64,000 bases of DNA from Felis catus (taxonomy: Eukaryota). The stretch lies in contig NC_058368.1 in assembly GCF_018350175.1 (NCBI RefSeq), positions 58,840,001 through 58,904,000 of the forward strand, read 5' to 3'. Below are positions 12,561 to 26,490 of this stretch, in pieces (position 1 is the first letter of the stretch; each line of letters begins with the position of its first letter). Below the pieces are notes generated by a model. It made no database searches. It saw only the letters and a list, made by a program, of their open reading frames with translations, and was not told the DNA's origin. A program made the translations under genes and the position numbers.

Positions 12561-15388
12561 TGAAAGAACTTTAACTCCTTGACACTGATTGAATAGACTC
12601 AAAAATTAAGATTAAAAAAATTTTTTGAGTATTATGGGAATACTACTGAGTTGAAGGAATGAAGACAACTTGGGAGCAAAAGAAAGAAGTGAATATGCTC
12701 CAGAGTTGGGGTGAGAAGGAAGGTTGAAAGAGAACAAAATGTAAAAATGCAAGAAGAGACCCTACTAACAAACCTCACTTCTTTTGATGGGTCTTACACT
12801 GTTCATAAAACAAAAACAAGACACAAAACAGAATTGTATTCATTCTCCAAATAATGCTGTATCTTCCCTTCTAATGTTTGCAGTATTATGCTCTGCTTGA
12901 TCTCTCAATGTCTTTCTTGTTAGACTATTTTCATTGCTAACATATGATATCATACCGTCTGCATTCTCTTACTCTTTCCTTCCAATTCCCCCAAGTGATA
13001 AAAATTCTAAAAGCAGAGCAGAGTAAGATGGGTTTTCATGCTATTTTGGAACATTTATGCTGATAATCTGCTGGCTTTGTGACTTAAGTCTTTCTCTGAA
13101 CCATCCACAGCTGTGACAGCTTACCCTAAACCTTTCAGCAGAACATGCATGGTTTTCCTGGTCAAGCCCAATGCAGATTTTGTTCCTGGGGCCATAGCTC
13201 TTTGTCTTATATAGATACAGATTTTAGAGTGACCTTAAGTATTTATTCTTTTAGATGTTTAATCAAATAGACCCATTAATAAACAATGGAAACTTTTGAA
13301 ACATTTACTTTTTGTTTGATTTCTATTTAATTTTGCCAAGCCATTTATCTCTTTGATGTGGTATTTGTAACTTTAGGTCCTTTAAACACAGAAGAAACTT
13401 TTCATGTCTTTCTTTTGGCTTTTCAGTAATGTTTATCTTCTCCTGTTGGATCTACATCTTTGTTATTTGCCAGGTGATATTCTAAAGATTTACTTGTGTT
13501 CATTAAAGTTTACATGTCTTATCATCGAAACCAGCATGACTTTCCTAGAGTTTTGATTTGCAATATGGCTTTTGCTCTGATTCTTCCTCTGGATGTTCTT
13601 TTGTCTTTGTGCTCTCCTCGACAGGTGCTAGCTTATCTTCCTCTTAAGGATAAATAGAATGAAATACATTAATCCCAGTGACTTCTGTACATTCAAGTTA
13701 GAACAAACAGATATTCTTCTACCAACACACCCTCCCAATAATGTTATTAACACAGAGTTGGTGATGTTCATTTTTTATTCAGTGTTTTTTTTTCTTTTTC
13801 ATGTTCTATGAAAACAGTAGATCTCAAAAGAAAGACAAGGATTATTATACACTGTTAAAACCATTTTAAAATAAATTCCACAATATTTTACTCTTAAGTA
13901 ACATGATTAGAGGTTGATGATTAGTAAATTTTAATTGATAAACATCTATCCTGCATAAAAATGTCTGTATTCTTAGAACCCAAATACTTTCCAAGGTTAC
14001 ATAGGAAACGTTAATGTACTTAATATTTGTCCCGGTTCTATGTACATCACAATTTTCTTATAATTGAAGGTATTTTTTGATGATACTTTAAAAAACTATG
14101 AAGTTAAATTTTAAAGGCAATCCAACTTTGTAATTGTTATTCAGGAGCTCAATTGTGGGAGTAAGAATTGTTATGAAAACAAAATATTGTTAGGGAAATA
14201 GCATTACCCCACATCAGTGCTCCATTGCCAAGAATTTGAAAAGTTGAATCTGGAAATAGAAGAAATGTTTACTCAGTAATGGTCCTGAGATACAATGTTT
14301 CAAAATGAATTAGCAACTTCATGACCTTGAGTGAAGGCTAAAATGAGAGTAAGCTCAACAGATCATGAGACATTTGATAGAACTGACTGAAAAATCCAAC
14401 TATTACTAAATATTAAGAAGGTTCCTACTCTATGTCAGGCCCTGGGCCTAGCTATATAGGAGTGAATGGATGAACAATGTTATTGAAGACAAACTTTACA
14501 GGAAATATATATTATAACTAAATAGAATTTTTAGAAAATTCTACTTTAAGATTGACCAATTAAATTATTTAATAATGGAAACAGTGTGCTTCTCTAGCTT
14601 TATACTTCTTTTCCTTGCAATGAAAACTGTGACTATATACTCAAAAATTATAGTTTATCTTTTAGATTGTATATCTACATTTTGTTTGTGCTCTATCAAA
14701 TGGAAATGACATCTTTTTTTAGAAGTTACATGTGTGTCTGATGCAGTGTGGTTTAAAGTTTTCTTATTTTATAGACTTAAAATAATGGAAATAATGTCAA
14801 TAAAAATGGGATCCAAGGCAATATTTTAAAATCACATTGAATTAAAAAAAAATCTCTAATGAAGGACAAAATCTTTTCCTCTGGAAGTTGATGTGCAAAT
14901 ATTGAGCTCAGAATCAACTATAGTTCTAAGGAAAAATAGATACTTCCACACTATCTTTTATTTTTACAGTAAATCCTGCAAATATAATTGTAGAGCTTTA
15001 GCATGGACAGTAATAAAATTGTGTTTTTTTTTTAAATAGAGTCTTTTTGGAGCAATTTCAGGTTTACAAAAAAATTGGGCAGAAAGAACAGGGGGTACCC
15101 AAATCCTTTCCTCCCTCCCCCCTCATAATTTCCCTTCTCATTAACATCTTGCGGTAATGTGGTATGTTTGTTACAATTGGGGAACCAATATTGATACATT
15201 ATTTTAATTAAAGTTTATAGTTTATATCTGGATTCACTTTTTGTGTTGTATAGCTTTTGGTTTGCTGAATGCACTGTCATGTATCCATCATTACAGTAAA
15301 ATACAGAATGGTTTCATTGTATTATTCATTATATCCCTGAACTATTGGTGACCACTGATCTTTTTACCATCATAGTCTTTCCTTTTTT

Positions 15389-15630
15389 ATTTTTTTTTTT
15401 TAATTTTAAAAAAAAATTTTTTTTCAACGTTTATTTTATTTTTGGGACAGACAGAGACAGAGCATGAACGGGGGAGGGGCAGAGAGAGAGAGGGAGACAC
15501 AGAATCGGAAACAGGCTCCAGGCTCTGAGTCATCAGCCCAGAGCCTGACGCGGGGCTCGAACTCATGGACCGCGAGATCGTGACCTGGCTGAAGTCGGGC
15601 GCTTAACCGACTGCGCCACCCAGGCGGCCC
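15389..15630 (-). mobile_element. Young felid Can-SINE inside the L1
   Basis: CpG-rich; TSD gtctttcctttttt at 15375-15388 and 15632-15645. Confidence 0.97.
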
Positions 15631-17296
15631 TGTCTTTCCTTTTTTAGAGTGTCATATAGTTGGAATCATATAGTATGTAGTCTTTTCAGGCTGGCTTCTT
15701 TCACTTAGCAATATGCATTTAAGATTCCTCCATATCTTTTGTGGCTTAATAGTTCATTTTTTCTTTATTCCTGAATATTATTTTAATATATGCATGCACC
15801 AAAGTTTGTTTATCCATTCACCTATTTAAGAACATCAGAAGTGGAGATAGTTGATCCATCCTGCTTTACACCTGTTGCAATGAAGAATGCAAATATATGC
15901 TTAATATGATACTGTGTATATTTTAAGGGCTTTATCTGTCATTTTGGTTATGTTCTTTCAGATGGAAAGATTGTTTTTTCAGAAGTTCTATGTGTGTGTA
16001 TTGTGAATAAGCTGTGAATAAATATGTATGTGCAAGTTTGTGTGGACATAAATTGTCACCTCATTTGAATAAATATCAAGGAGTATGATTGGTGGATCAT
16101 ATAATAAACCTAAGTTAACTTTCTGTGAAACTGCCAAACTGGCTGTACCATTTTTCCTTCCTATCTGCAATGAACAAGAGTTCCTATTGCTCTGCATACT
16201 CACCAGCATTTGGGGTTGTCAGTGTTTGAGATTTCAGCCATTCTGACAGATTTACAGTGGTGTCTCAATGTTGTTTTAATTTGCAATTTCCTAATGACAT
16301 CAGATGTTGAATCTTCTTTCATATGCTTATTGTCATCCATATATCTTTTTTGGTGAGGTGTTTATTTAGGACTTTGCTCCTTTTTAATTCTTACTTTTTT
16401 TCCTTATTGTTCAGCTTTCAGATTTGCTTGCATATTTTGAACACTTGTCCTTTATCTGATATGTGTTTTGCAAAGATGTTCTCCCAGTCTGTGGCTCCTC
16501 TTTTCATTCTTTTAACAAGTGTCTTCTGCAGAATAGAAGATTTTAAGTTTTAATAAAGTTCAACTTAGCATTTTTTTCTTTCATGGATTGTGCTTTTTTG
16601 TGTGTCTTGCATCTTAAAAGTCATTACCAAAGCCAGGATCACTGAGGTTTTCTTCTACATTATCTTCTGGATAATATATTTTCTTTATAGTTCTGTATTT
16701 CACATTTATGCCTATAATACATTAGAAATTATTTTTCTGAAACATATAAAATCTGTGTCTACAGATGTTATTTTACATTTGGATGTCTAGTTGTTCCAGG
16801 ACCATTTGTAGAAGAGATTATTCTTTCTTCATAGAGTTACCTTTGCTTCTCTGTCAAGGATCAGTTGACTATATTTGGGTGGGTCTATTTATGGGTTCTT
16901 TATTCTCTTCCATTTATCTATTTGTTCATTCTTTCACCAATAACACACCATCCTGATTATTGCACATTTATATTAAGTCATGAAGTCACCAGTTCCTGCT
17001 CCTTTAACATCATCATTATTTTTTTCTTCAGTATTTTGGTGGCTCTTTTGGGTTTTTTAATTTTCTTTACCCTTTGGAATCAGTTAATAACCCACAAATA
17101 CCATATTGGAATTTTTATTGGGGTTGCATTGGATCTATAGATCAGCTATGGACTAATTGATATATTAATATTGATTCTTCCTATTCATGAACTTGAACCA
17201 GTTCTACATTTATTTAGATCTTTGATTTCTTTAATCAGAATTTTTCATTTTCCTGATATAGGCCTTGCACATATTTTGTTAAATTTATACTTCAAC

Positions 17297-17297
<1 letters not shown>

Positions 17298-17351
<54 letters not shown>

Positions 17352-17353
17352 TT

Positions 17354-17445
<92 letters not shown>

Positions 17446-17614
17446 TTCTTCCTTCCTTCCCTCCTTCCCTCCTTCCTTTCTTCCTTCTTATGTTTTGTTT
17501 TGTGTGTGTGTGTGTGTGTGTGAATGTAATGATGTTGTGTCTTTAATTTCAAATTCCTATTCTTCATTGCATATATATATATATATATATACATATATAT
17601 ATACATATATATAT
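17298..17614. repeat. Compound microsatellite (TTTC)n-(TTCC)n, (TG)n, (TA)n
   Basis: Seen directly; it generates the low-complexity ORFs in the track. Confidence 0.96.
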
Positions 17615-17917
17615 ATCATCATACATAGGTATTAACTTTTACATATTATCCTTATAACCTGCAGCCTTGCTATAAATGCTACTTAGTTCCAGGAGTTTTG
17701 TTTTGTTTTACTTTCATTTTTATTTTCATTTTCTTTTACTTGAGATTTTCTGAATAGATAATTCTATCACCTGTGAACAAAGATAGTATTTATTCCTTCT
17801 AAATTAAGTGTGATATTAGTTGTTGGTTTTTAGTTGTTCTCTGTCAAGGTGAGGATGTTTCGCCTACTCCTAGTTTTTTAAGAATGTTTATTCTTACTGG
17901 ATGTATATTCTGTCAAA

Positions 17918-17919
<2 letters not shown>

Positions 17920-17967
<48 letters not shown>
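17920..17967. repeat. (TG)n microsatellite
   Basis: Seen directly. Confidence 0.97.
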
Positions 17968-17969
<2 letters not shown>

Positions 17970-19879
17970 TACTGATATGGTCATATCACTTTTTTTCCTT
18001 TTTAACCTATTGATGTGATGAGTTATCTTAATTGACTTCTGAATGCTTAACAAGCTGTGCATAGCTGAAAAAATCCCACTGGGAGAATTTTTTTTAAGGT
18101 AACAAGTATTATTATCATTATTTCTCCATTTTATTGTTAATTAGTATTTTTGATATTTATTATGTGTTAAATTTCATCTACCAAATAAACTTATGTGTAT
18201 GCATGTGTATGTCCTTTTGAAAACATTGATCACACTGCTAAATGAAAAGGAAGTACCTAGAAGTTGTCTGTCATGATGTTAAGTGCAAGGGCAGACCTTC
18301 CATGCTGCCTTTTTTTTTCTTCAAAAACCTTATTTTTTTAAATGCTGAAAACACTTAAAGAGTTACATGTGTAACAGTTTTTTGAAAATGAAAGTTGAAA
18401 GTAATAGAGTTAATATATCATCGTCTTATGAGAATACTTTATTTCCTTATGTTAAGAAGTCATTACAAAAAGCAAAAATCTGAGGGGCCTCCTGGGATGT
18501 GATGCTACATGCTTTCCTTCATGCTTCTTATTTGTCAGTCATTCATTGGCCTTTGTGCTTCACTCTTTTGAAATTGTGCTTCCTCTCCGCACTGCTTGTA
18601 ATCACAGAAGAGCTGCCATCTAAGTGAATAAATAGTTTCTCTTCCAGGTGATTAATGAAAAGCCATAAATCCCCTTAGCCACTGATGAATAATAACAGAT
18701 GCTTCACATCTTGTGGCATCAGAGTATTAGAGCAGACCACTAGCTCAAAGAAACTGGACTATTAAACACATATGCCTGCAGCCAGAAGCATGCATTATAA
18801 TGTTTATGGATCCTAAAGAGATGCCTAACTCTGAAATCTATATTGTTATTCTGCTATAGTTCTGTATTGATGAAATGCCTTTGAAGAAAATTGCATAGGA
18901 AAGTTCCATAAGAATAAATGTAAGCCACTTTTTTTTCCTGGAAATGTGAGACCCTTAATTCAATCGGTTGTACAACAGCACAACACCTCAGATCAACATG
19001 AACAAACACCCTGTAGACAAGATGATGGATGTAGACAAGATGATTGAGGTTCAATGACCAACTGTAATTTTGTTGTATTTGCTGTGGTCATATTCAGACT
19101 ATTTTTTAGGAATAAATGAAGTTAGTTTGAATTTTGGCTTTCTGAAATATTAGGTGGGGGAAAAAAAACAAACCAAATCAAACCAAAACAAACAAACAAA
19201 CAAACAAACAATAAGCATCTAGGTAGCAAGACTGAGTGAGAAAGCTGGCAATATCATTCACTATTATCCTTAAACTGTACCTGCCAGATAATTATTTCTA
19301 AGTCGATTGAAAGAATTGTTCTTAGTGGAAGTTATTAATCTAGGCTTAGACTCAATTATAGCTACCCTGAGTGAGTTAGGAAGGATCACATGCTGTAACT
19401 TTCCACAGGCATATTCTAACAGTCCAGTATGTGAAAGCAATGAGTTGTGTAAATACAAAGCATGGACCCTCTTCACTACTTTGTATTATCAAGTTCAGGT
19501 ATATGGATGACTGTTGATTACTCACGATTAAATTTTTTGATAGTGGAAAGTTATTGAGGGTATTTTTTGCAAAGAGAAAGTTAAAATGTTTAATTTACAA
19601 CTTTGAAGATAATTCTATGCGGATTGTGGAGAATGAAATGAGTTCCTGAGAAAGTAAGACGATATAAGAACAAATAAGAGTACAAATAAATCACATATGG
19701 GTACAAATAAACACATTTCTTATGTGTTTATAAATATGTTAAAATTATTATTTTTATGTTAAATAATTCATAATACCTCAATATTATAAGTTAATTTCAG
19801 CAAAGAACAATTCAAAGAGTACAAATTTATATCACTAATTGCATTTGGATGTAACTGTAACTACTGAATGATCCAAGAC

Positions 19880-20347
19880 TGTGGTGACTCACATTGATCA
19901 CTGCTTCCTAATATTGATACCCTTCTGTGTTCTAGTCCTGTATTACATTTGGCTGACTTTTGTAACTACTAGGATATTGAGGAAATAATGGTGTGCAGTT
20001 TCCAAGATTAGATTACAAAAGACATTGTGGTGTCCTCCTTTCTCACTGGTGTCAGTTGTCCTTGGGAAGCCATCTGCCATGGCATGAGGACCCTTTGATA
20101 TTGCCATGGAGAGGTACACATTGCAAAGAATTGAGGCCTCCTGCCAATATCTGGAAGGATGAGCTACTTAGAAAGCAGACCCCTCAGTCACAGAACTTCT
20201 AAGGCCATATTTAGACTGTAGCCTAATAAGAAATCCTGAGTGGCTTTTGAATTCTTGACCTACAGAAACAATGAATAATACCTACTTATTGTTTTAAGTT
20301 TCTAAGTTTCAGGATAATTTGCTGAGCAACAATGGAGAACTAATACC
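19880..20347 (+). mobile_element. MaLR LTR (MLT1-like)
   Basis: tgtggt start, gaattgaggcctcctgcca, and end ttgttttaag...gataatttg...gcaacaat...aactaatac. Confidence 0.75.
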
Positions 20348-20808
20348 AGGACCTTTAGCAAATATTTGCATGAAAACGATGGTGAACCAGGACTTAGGCT
20401 TTACTCACTCTCTATTTCTTGTGAGCTAGCTAATTATTGTTTTATAATTGTGTTGACATTTTTCTAAAATATTTATGCTGACCACATTTCTAGGATAATG
20501 TGAAGAGAATTTGGAACATGCTAAGTGTTTAATCACAAAATCTACATTATTTAGAATGGCATAATGACATTTGGGCTCAATTCACTTAACACCGCTTTTT
20601 GTTGCTCGTAATTTCCCCTCACTATGTGATAAAACATATTTCTGCATTTTTAGAGGAAACCATATGTGTTATTTACTCATTGAATTTTTGCTGACCGTTC
20701 ATGATAAAATTAATAGCAACTTCTTTCTTTTCCCAAAGAAATGTCCCTATACTGTATCTCTTTATAATCCCATTTTTATTTAATTATTCATTAAAGAATA
20801 TTCATGAA

Positions 20809-20988
20809 GGATGTGCCTGGGTGACTCACTTGGTTAAGCATCCGACTCTTGACTTTGGCTCAGGTTATGATCTCATGGTCATGAGATGAGCCCCATGTTG
20901 GGTTCCCCATTAGGCATGAAGCTTGCTTAAGATTATCTCTCTGTCACCCTCTGTACCTTCCCTGATTGTACACACATGCTCCCTCCCT

Positions 20989-21021
<33 letters not shown>

Positions 21022-21031
21022 AAAAAAAAAA
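20809..21031 (+). mobile_element. Can-SINE (older)
   Basis: gcctgggtgactc...gactcttgactttggctcagg...(CT)n and poly-A. Confidence 0.9.
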
Positions 21032-21109
21032 TTTATTAAGGCAAGAGATCACTATTATCCATATATCATAGTAACTAGCTTATGATTGACACTTGACCAG
21101 GATTGATAA

Positions 21110-21290
21110 TAATAATAATGGATACTGCCTACTAAGCTCTTCACAGCAGATATGATGTTAAATACCTTCACACATTACTCACTAAATAGTCATAATAGCC
21201 TCCTACTCAACAGTGAGCATGTTTATTATTCCAGTTTTGGAGTTAAGGAAGCCGAAGATTCAAACTAGTAACCTATTGTCCATAACGATT
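21110..21290 (-). mobile_element. MIR fragment
   Basis: aataataat...attattccagtttt...aggaagccgaag. Confidence 0.5.
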
Positions 21291-21479
21291 ATCCATCTGT
21301 ATCCAGGAGATATGAGTTCACCTTACCAGTAAATTATGTCCCAAAGATGCCTTTACAAAAATATGAAAATTTGGGGTTTTAATATTTTTTTTTTATATTT
21401 TAGCATTAGGACATCATTTTTGTCAGGTTTCTATGCCTAATTTCAGGTTTCTATGCTTCCTGAAAATGAAACCTTTCAT

Positions 21480-21850
21480 TTGTCCATTCATTCTACACAC
21501 ATTCATCCACTGTCTGTTATGTGCCATAACATGTTGTTGGGTTTGGGAAATAAAGTGGTATGCAAGAAAAGAAATGATCTTTTTAGACCATAAATAAAAA
21601 GGCTTTAATCAAGAAATGCATAATTAAGTATAAATTTTTAAGCGTGGTAAATGTTTACAAGGGTATATAATGTTAAATGAGTATATACACCCAATAATGT
21701 TTCCAGGATCGGACATCAGGAAAGGCTGAGCTTAGAACTAATAAATGAGTTCACACTGTCCACTCAAAGAGAAGAGAGGAGTCATTCCTGGAGGAGAGAG
21801 CATCATATGTAAAATGTCTGAGGGTTATAGATCAAGACATCTGGTCAGAC
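21480..21850 (-). mobile_element. L2 3' fragment
   Basis: ccattcattc...tatgtgcca...catcaggaaaggct...cattcctgg. Confidence 0.5.
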
Positions 21851-22279
21851 TGGGGAAGGAGGAGGGCTTTTGCTCATTCTAATTCATTACATCTTGCAAA
21901 AAAAAAATTACCCTTTAGAACCACAGTTGTCAAAGGAAATTTTTGAAAAGGTCATTGTAAATGTTGTGTAGAAACAAGAGTGATATAAATGAAGCAATCA
22001 GAAGGCCAATGTCATATTACAGAAAAAGAGTTTAGAGAACAGGAGGAATAACATTTTTTGGAAAAAAAAAGATCTAATTCCAGCAATTTCTCCCTGAAGT
22101 TATTTAACAGATTATTACAGACTATAGGAGGTTACTTGTTTTTATAAAATCATAGTGTCCAAATCAGAAAGCAAATATATTTATTTAATTATTGAAGTGT
22201 TGCATTTTAATAGCTAAATTATGTTTTATAAGTTCAAATAAATGTTTTGTAATTTTGTTTGAAATTTGAATGTGCCATT

Positions 22280-22780
22280 TTATTTTATTTTTTGTAGTTT
22301 CAAGTTTTTATTTAAACTCCAGTTAGTTAACATACAGTGTAATATTAGTTTTAGGTGTGGAATTTTGTGATTCATCACTTGCATTCAAAACCCAGTGCTC
22401 ATCACAAATGCCCTCCTTAACACCCATTACCCATTTAACCCATCCACCCACCCACCTCCCTTCCAGCAACCCTCAGTTTGTTCTCAATAGTGAAGAGTCT
22501 CTTACGGTTTTCTTCCCTTTTTGTTTCTTCCTTCCCTTATGTTCATCTGCTTGTCTCTTAAATTCCACATATGAGTGAAATCATATGGTATTTGGCTTTC
22601 TCTTACTTCACTTAGCATAGTACTATCTCCATCCAAGATTTAATTCATTCTAATGGCTGAGTAATATTCCATTGTATTATATATACCATATTTTCTTTAT
22701 CCATTCATCAGATGATGGACATTTGGGCTTTTTCTAAAATTTGGCTATAATAGATAATGCTGCTATAAATATGGAGGCAA
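22280..22780 (-). mobile_element. Carnivore L1 3' fragment
   Basis: cccagtgctcatcaca, ccacatatgagtgaaatcatatgg, ctttatccattcatcagatgatggacatttggg. Confidence 0.88.
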
Positions 22781-22786
22781 ATAGAC

Positions 22787-22880
22787 TTTTTTTTTTTTTA
22801 AGTAGGCTCTACACTCAGCATCAGGCTTGAATTCAAAACCCTAAGATCAAGAGTCACATGCTTTATACTGACTGAGACAG
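22787..22880 (-). mobile_element. Short old Can-SINE
   Basis: Poly-T, aagtaggctc...aagatcaagagtc...gactgag. Confidence 0.7.
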
Positions 22881-23099
22881 GCTGTCATGCCATTTTTTTG
22901 CAATTATTTTAAAGACATAAATTTTAGAGTTTTTTAATTGAGAAATTAAAAATTATACTGACCTATATCACCAATAAAATTACAAATAATTTAGAAATGT
23001 CATTAAATTTTATTTAATAGTTTTATTAAAGGCTGCCAGCATCACAGGTATATTTGACCTATTCAAATCATAAGGGGCCACTTATATTTAAAGCCTCTT

Positions 23100-23301
23100 T
23101 TTTTAAAATGTTTATTTATTTTTGAGAGAGAGGGAGAGATAGAGCATGAACAGGGGAGGAGCAGAGAGACAGGGAGACAGAATCAGAAACAGGCTCTAGT
23201 CTCTGAGCTGTCAGCACAGAGCCGACGCAGGGCTGGAACCCTCAGATCATGACCTGAGCTGGAAATTGGATGCTTAACAGACTGAGCCACCCAGGCGCCC
23301 C
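23100..23301 (-). mobile_element. Can-SINE
   Basis: TSD taaagcctctt at 23089-23099 and 23302-23312. Confidence 0.95.
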
Positions 23302-25231
23302 TAAAGCCTCTTAATAGCATTGGTGGTGCTAGATATGACTTGTCAGGTAGCAAGAAAACCAGAAACCTTTACGGCCAAGAGTATGAAATTTAAAAGAACT
23401 TAGAATTAAGTCAAATAAATCATGAAAATAGACCTCCTACAAGAACACAAATCACAGACAAGAAGCTGCTGCTATAAGAATTTAATTTAAAAACCAGAAG
23501 GTATCTCTGCTTCTCTTCATAGCCATTATCACCCTTCAAGACTGGTAATGATATCCTGAGATCAATGCCAGTGTTATTAATTTATGATGATATAATGAAT
23601 GCAAATAACTTTTCAATTTACAATAATAAGAATTTTCAGTCAATGTGGTGCTTTTATTATGAGATATTTAGATAAAAGAAAGAATTAAAATAACTCTAGT
23701 AGGAAACAGTAGCCAATTGAAAAACAGTATTATGCTCAGTGAAAGCAAAATAACAATCATAATATTTATCTGATACAACACTTCTTAGCATCTTTCTACA
23801 ATCACAGATTGGAACATTTGAAAAATAGTGTTTCGAATACATATTTTAATGCAGATGGCTTAATCAATTTTTTTTTCTGAGAGGATGTTCCTCTAAATAA
23901 TCAGATGATTACTTGAAAACTTGATAAAAAAATCAAATGGAAAAAAAACCTAAACCAAACTAAAATTTATTCTGCAAAGGAAAATTTGTTGATGAAAGAT
24001 ATGTTTAAGTGCCTACTATAATTTATCATTTAGAAATATGCAAAATATTTAGAACCAGGTAGAAAATTAAAATATTCCGAAGTATTCTAAAAGCAAATTC
24101 ATCAGAAAACAGATAAAGTTCATTAAATTTTACATACTAACAAAACAAATAAAAACAAATTTAGTAAACATATGAAAATCTCTTTATATCATTGTTTTCA
24201 CAACTTTTAATATCCTTCCAGTATAGAATAACTACACAATAAAATAAGAAACAAAGATATTATGCTTCAATATGTTTTCATAATTCATTAGCAAGCTAAT
24301 TCAGTATAGTATTAATACTTTTATAATATGTTAGAATATGGTAAATTATTTCTATTTTATGCATAAGCTTAACTATTTGTGGCTGAAATTATTTATGAAA
24401 TTTACTATTTACTGCTTGTAGATAATTGGAAAAAGTCCCTTTTTTTCATTTTTCTCAGTTTTTTTTCCAACTTGTTATTGCTCAGCTTTTGTTTCCAAAT
24501 ATCTTAACAATAATCTCATGACATGTCACTAATACCAGTCTCAACATGTTAGTGAATAGTAGCATTAACGATGTCTGCAATTATTTTCCATGTTTCTTAT
24601 ATTTCACATCTTTCCATAGAGGGCCGCTGTATCAAGAGCAATTATAGAACTCTGAATTACAGCATAAAACTTTCAACTGCTTTTGTCCATTGTTATCTTT
24701 GTTTAACTTGTCAAGTCTGAATCAAACATTTAAAAAGACCTTTAATTATACCTCTCTCTTAACAAGCTATTTTACTTCCTTGCTCTATATCCTTATGTTA
24801 TTTTGTAATCTTTCCAAAATAGTTTATAAATAAAACACAATCATGGATGTGATTAGCACCTTCAAAAAGAATAGAATGAGTGTATATTTACTTTCCTGCT
24901 ATGATCCTTAGCAATCTATAATAATCTGAAGATAATATACTAATACATTGAAACCTTTAGTGCCATAAAAATAGGAAAATAGATGCTATGACATGTGATC
25001 AGAACATAATAGATTTGTTCAGTTTCTTTCACAACCAATCTATTGCAACTCCCTTATCCCTAATAAGTTGACCAAAGAGATAATTGTTTTAAGTTGCAAG
25101 ACAGTAAGTCACCATCCTTACACAATATAAATTTAGGGAAAAGAGAATTCAATTATAGGCATGTATATCTTCTGCTGTTGTCTTAAATCACCATCACCAT
25201 GGTACTGAAATTTCTTAGTAAAATGCAGCTT

Positions 25232-26490
25232 TGTTTTCTGTAATGGCTGCACCATTTTGCATTCTCACCAATACTGTACAAGTGTTCCAATTTCTCAACA
25301 TCTTCATTACACTTCTAAACTGTTTTTCTTTAATAGCTGTCCTAAGAAGTTTGAGGTGATACTTCATTGTGGTTTGTGATTTGCATTTCTCTGATGATCA
25401 GTGATGTTGAGCATGTCTTTATGTATGTTGGCCATTTGTATGTCTTCTTTGGTTAAATGTCTACCCATGTACTTAGTTCATTTTTCACTGGGATGTTAGA
25501 TATTTTGCTATTGAGTTGTAGGAATTTCTTATATATTTTTGAAATTAACCACTTAACTAGTGTATGATTTGCAAATATTTTCTCTCACATCCTAGGTTGC
25601 CTTTCATTCTGTAGATTCTTTTACCCTTTGCTTTGCAGAAGCTTTCTCATTTGTTAGAATCTCACTTACCTACTTTTGATTTAGTTGCCTGTGTTTTTGG
25701 TGTCATATCTATAAAACCATTGTCAATACCAATGTCATATACCTTTTCTCCTATGTGTTCTTATAGGAGTGTTTACAACTCCAGAACTTTATGTTAATGT
25801 CTTTAATCTATTATGAGTTGTTTTTCTTGTATGGTATAAGATAAGATTCAATTAATTCTTTTGCATGTGGATATCCAGTTTTCCCATCACCAGTAATCAG
25901 TTTATTTTTAAATTAAAATAGAGCTACCATATGATTCAACAATCCAAGTTCTGAGTATCCAAAAGAATTAAAATCAAGAACTTAAAAGGATGTTAGCACT
26001 CCCATGTTCATTGCAGTCCTATCCATAATAATCAAGACGTGGAAGCAACCTAAACCTAACAGTTCATGAAAGATGAATAGGTAAAGAAAATGTGATATAG
26101 ACATACATATCATATCATACATACATATATACATACATATGAAATGTTCATCCTCAAAAATTAACAAAACCCTGAAATATGCTACAACATAGATGAACCT
26201 TGAGGATATTATGGTAAGTGCAATAAGCCAGTCAGAGGAGGAAAAAGGCTGCATGATTCCATTTACAGGAGGTGTCTAAAATAGCTAAACTTAGAGAAGC
26301 AGATAGTGAAACGTGTCCCCCAGGGAAATGGAGAGTTGCCGATCAACAGGTATAAAGTTTCAATTATGCAAGATGGTTAAGTTTTAGAGATCTGCTGTGC
26401 AACATTTTACTTACAGTTAATATTTCATTGTATACTTAAAAATCTGTTTGAGAGGGTAGGTGCTATGTTAAGTAAACTTACTACAATACA
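25232..26490. mobile_element. L1 (L1MA/MB-like) with 5' inversion: ~25232-25892 antisense, ~25910-26490 sense
   Basis: Antisense ORF2-end motifs followed by a sense ORF2 end and 3'UTR (gagctaccatatgat, cccatgttcattgcag, aaccttgaggatattatg). Confidence 0.8.

Larger units (their letters stand above)
15030..18080 (-). mobile_element. Ancient L1 (L1MC-like), 3'UTR plus ORF2 end
   Basis: gttacaattggggaaccaatattgatacatt, tttcacttagcaatatgcatttaag, ttgcatttggatctatag-like motifs; interrupted by a SINE and microsatellites. Confidence 0.8.

Noticed and set aside
17171..17635. 154-aa and 104-aa ORFs
   Set aside because: Translations of the (TTTC)n, (TG)n and (TA)n microsatellites.
19012..19044. Microduplication tgtagacaagatgat (similar cases at ~19680-19716, 21423-21456 and 31433-31478)
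   Set aside because: Two or three copies only, consistent with ordinary slippage; not an array.
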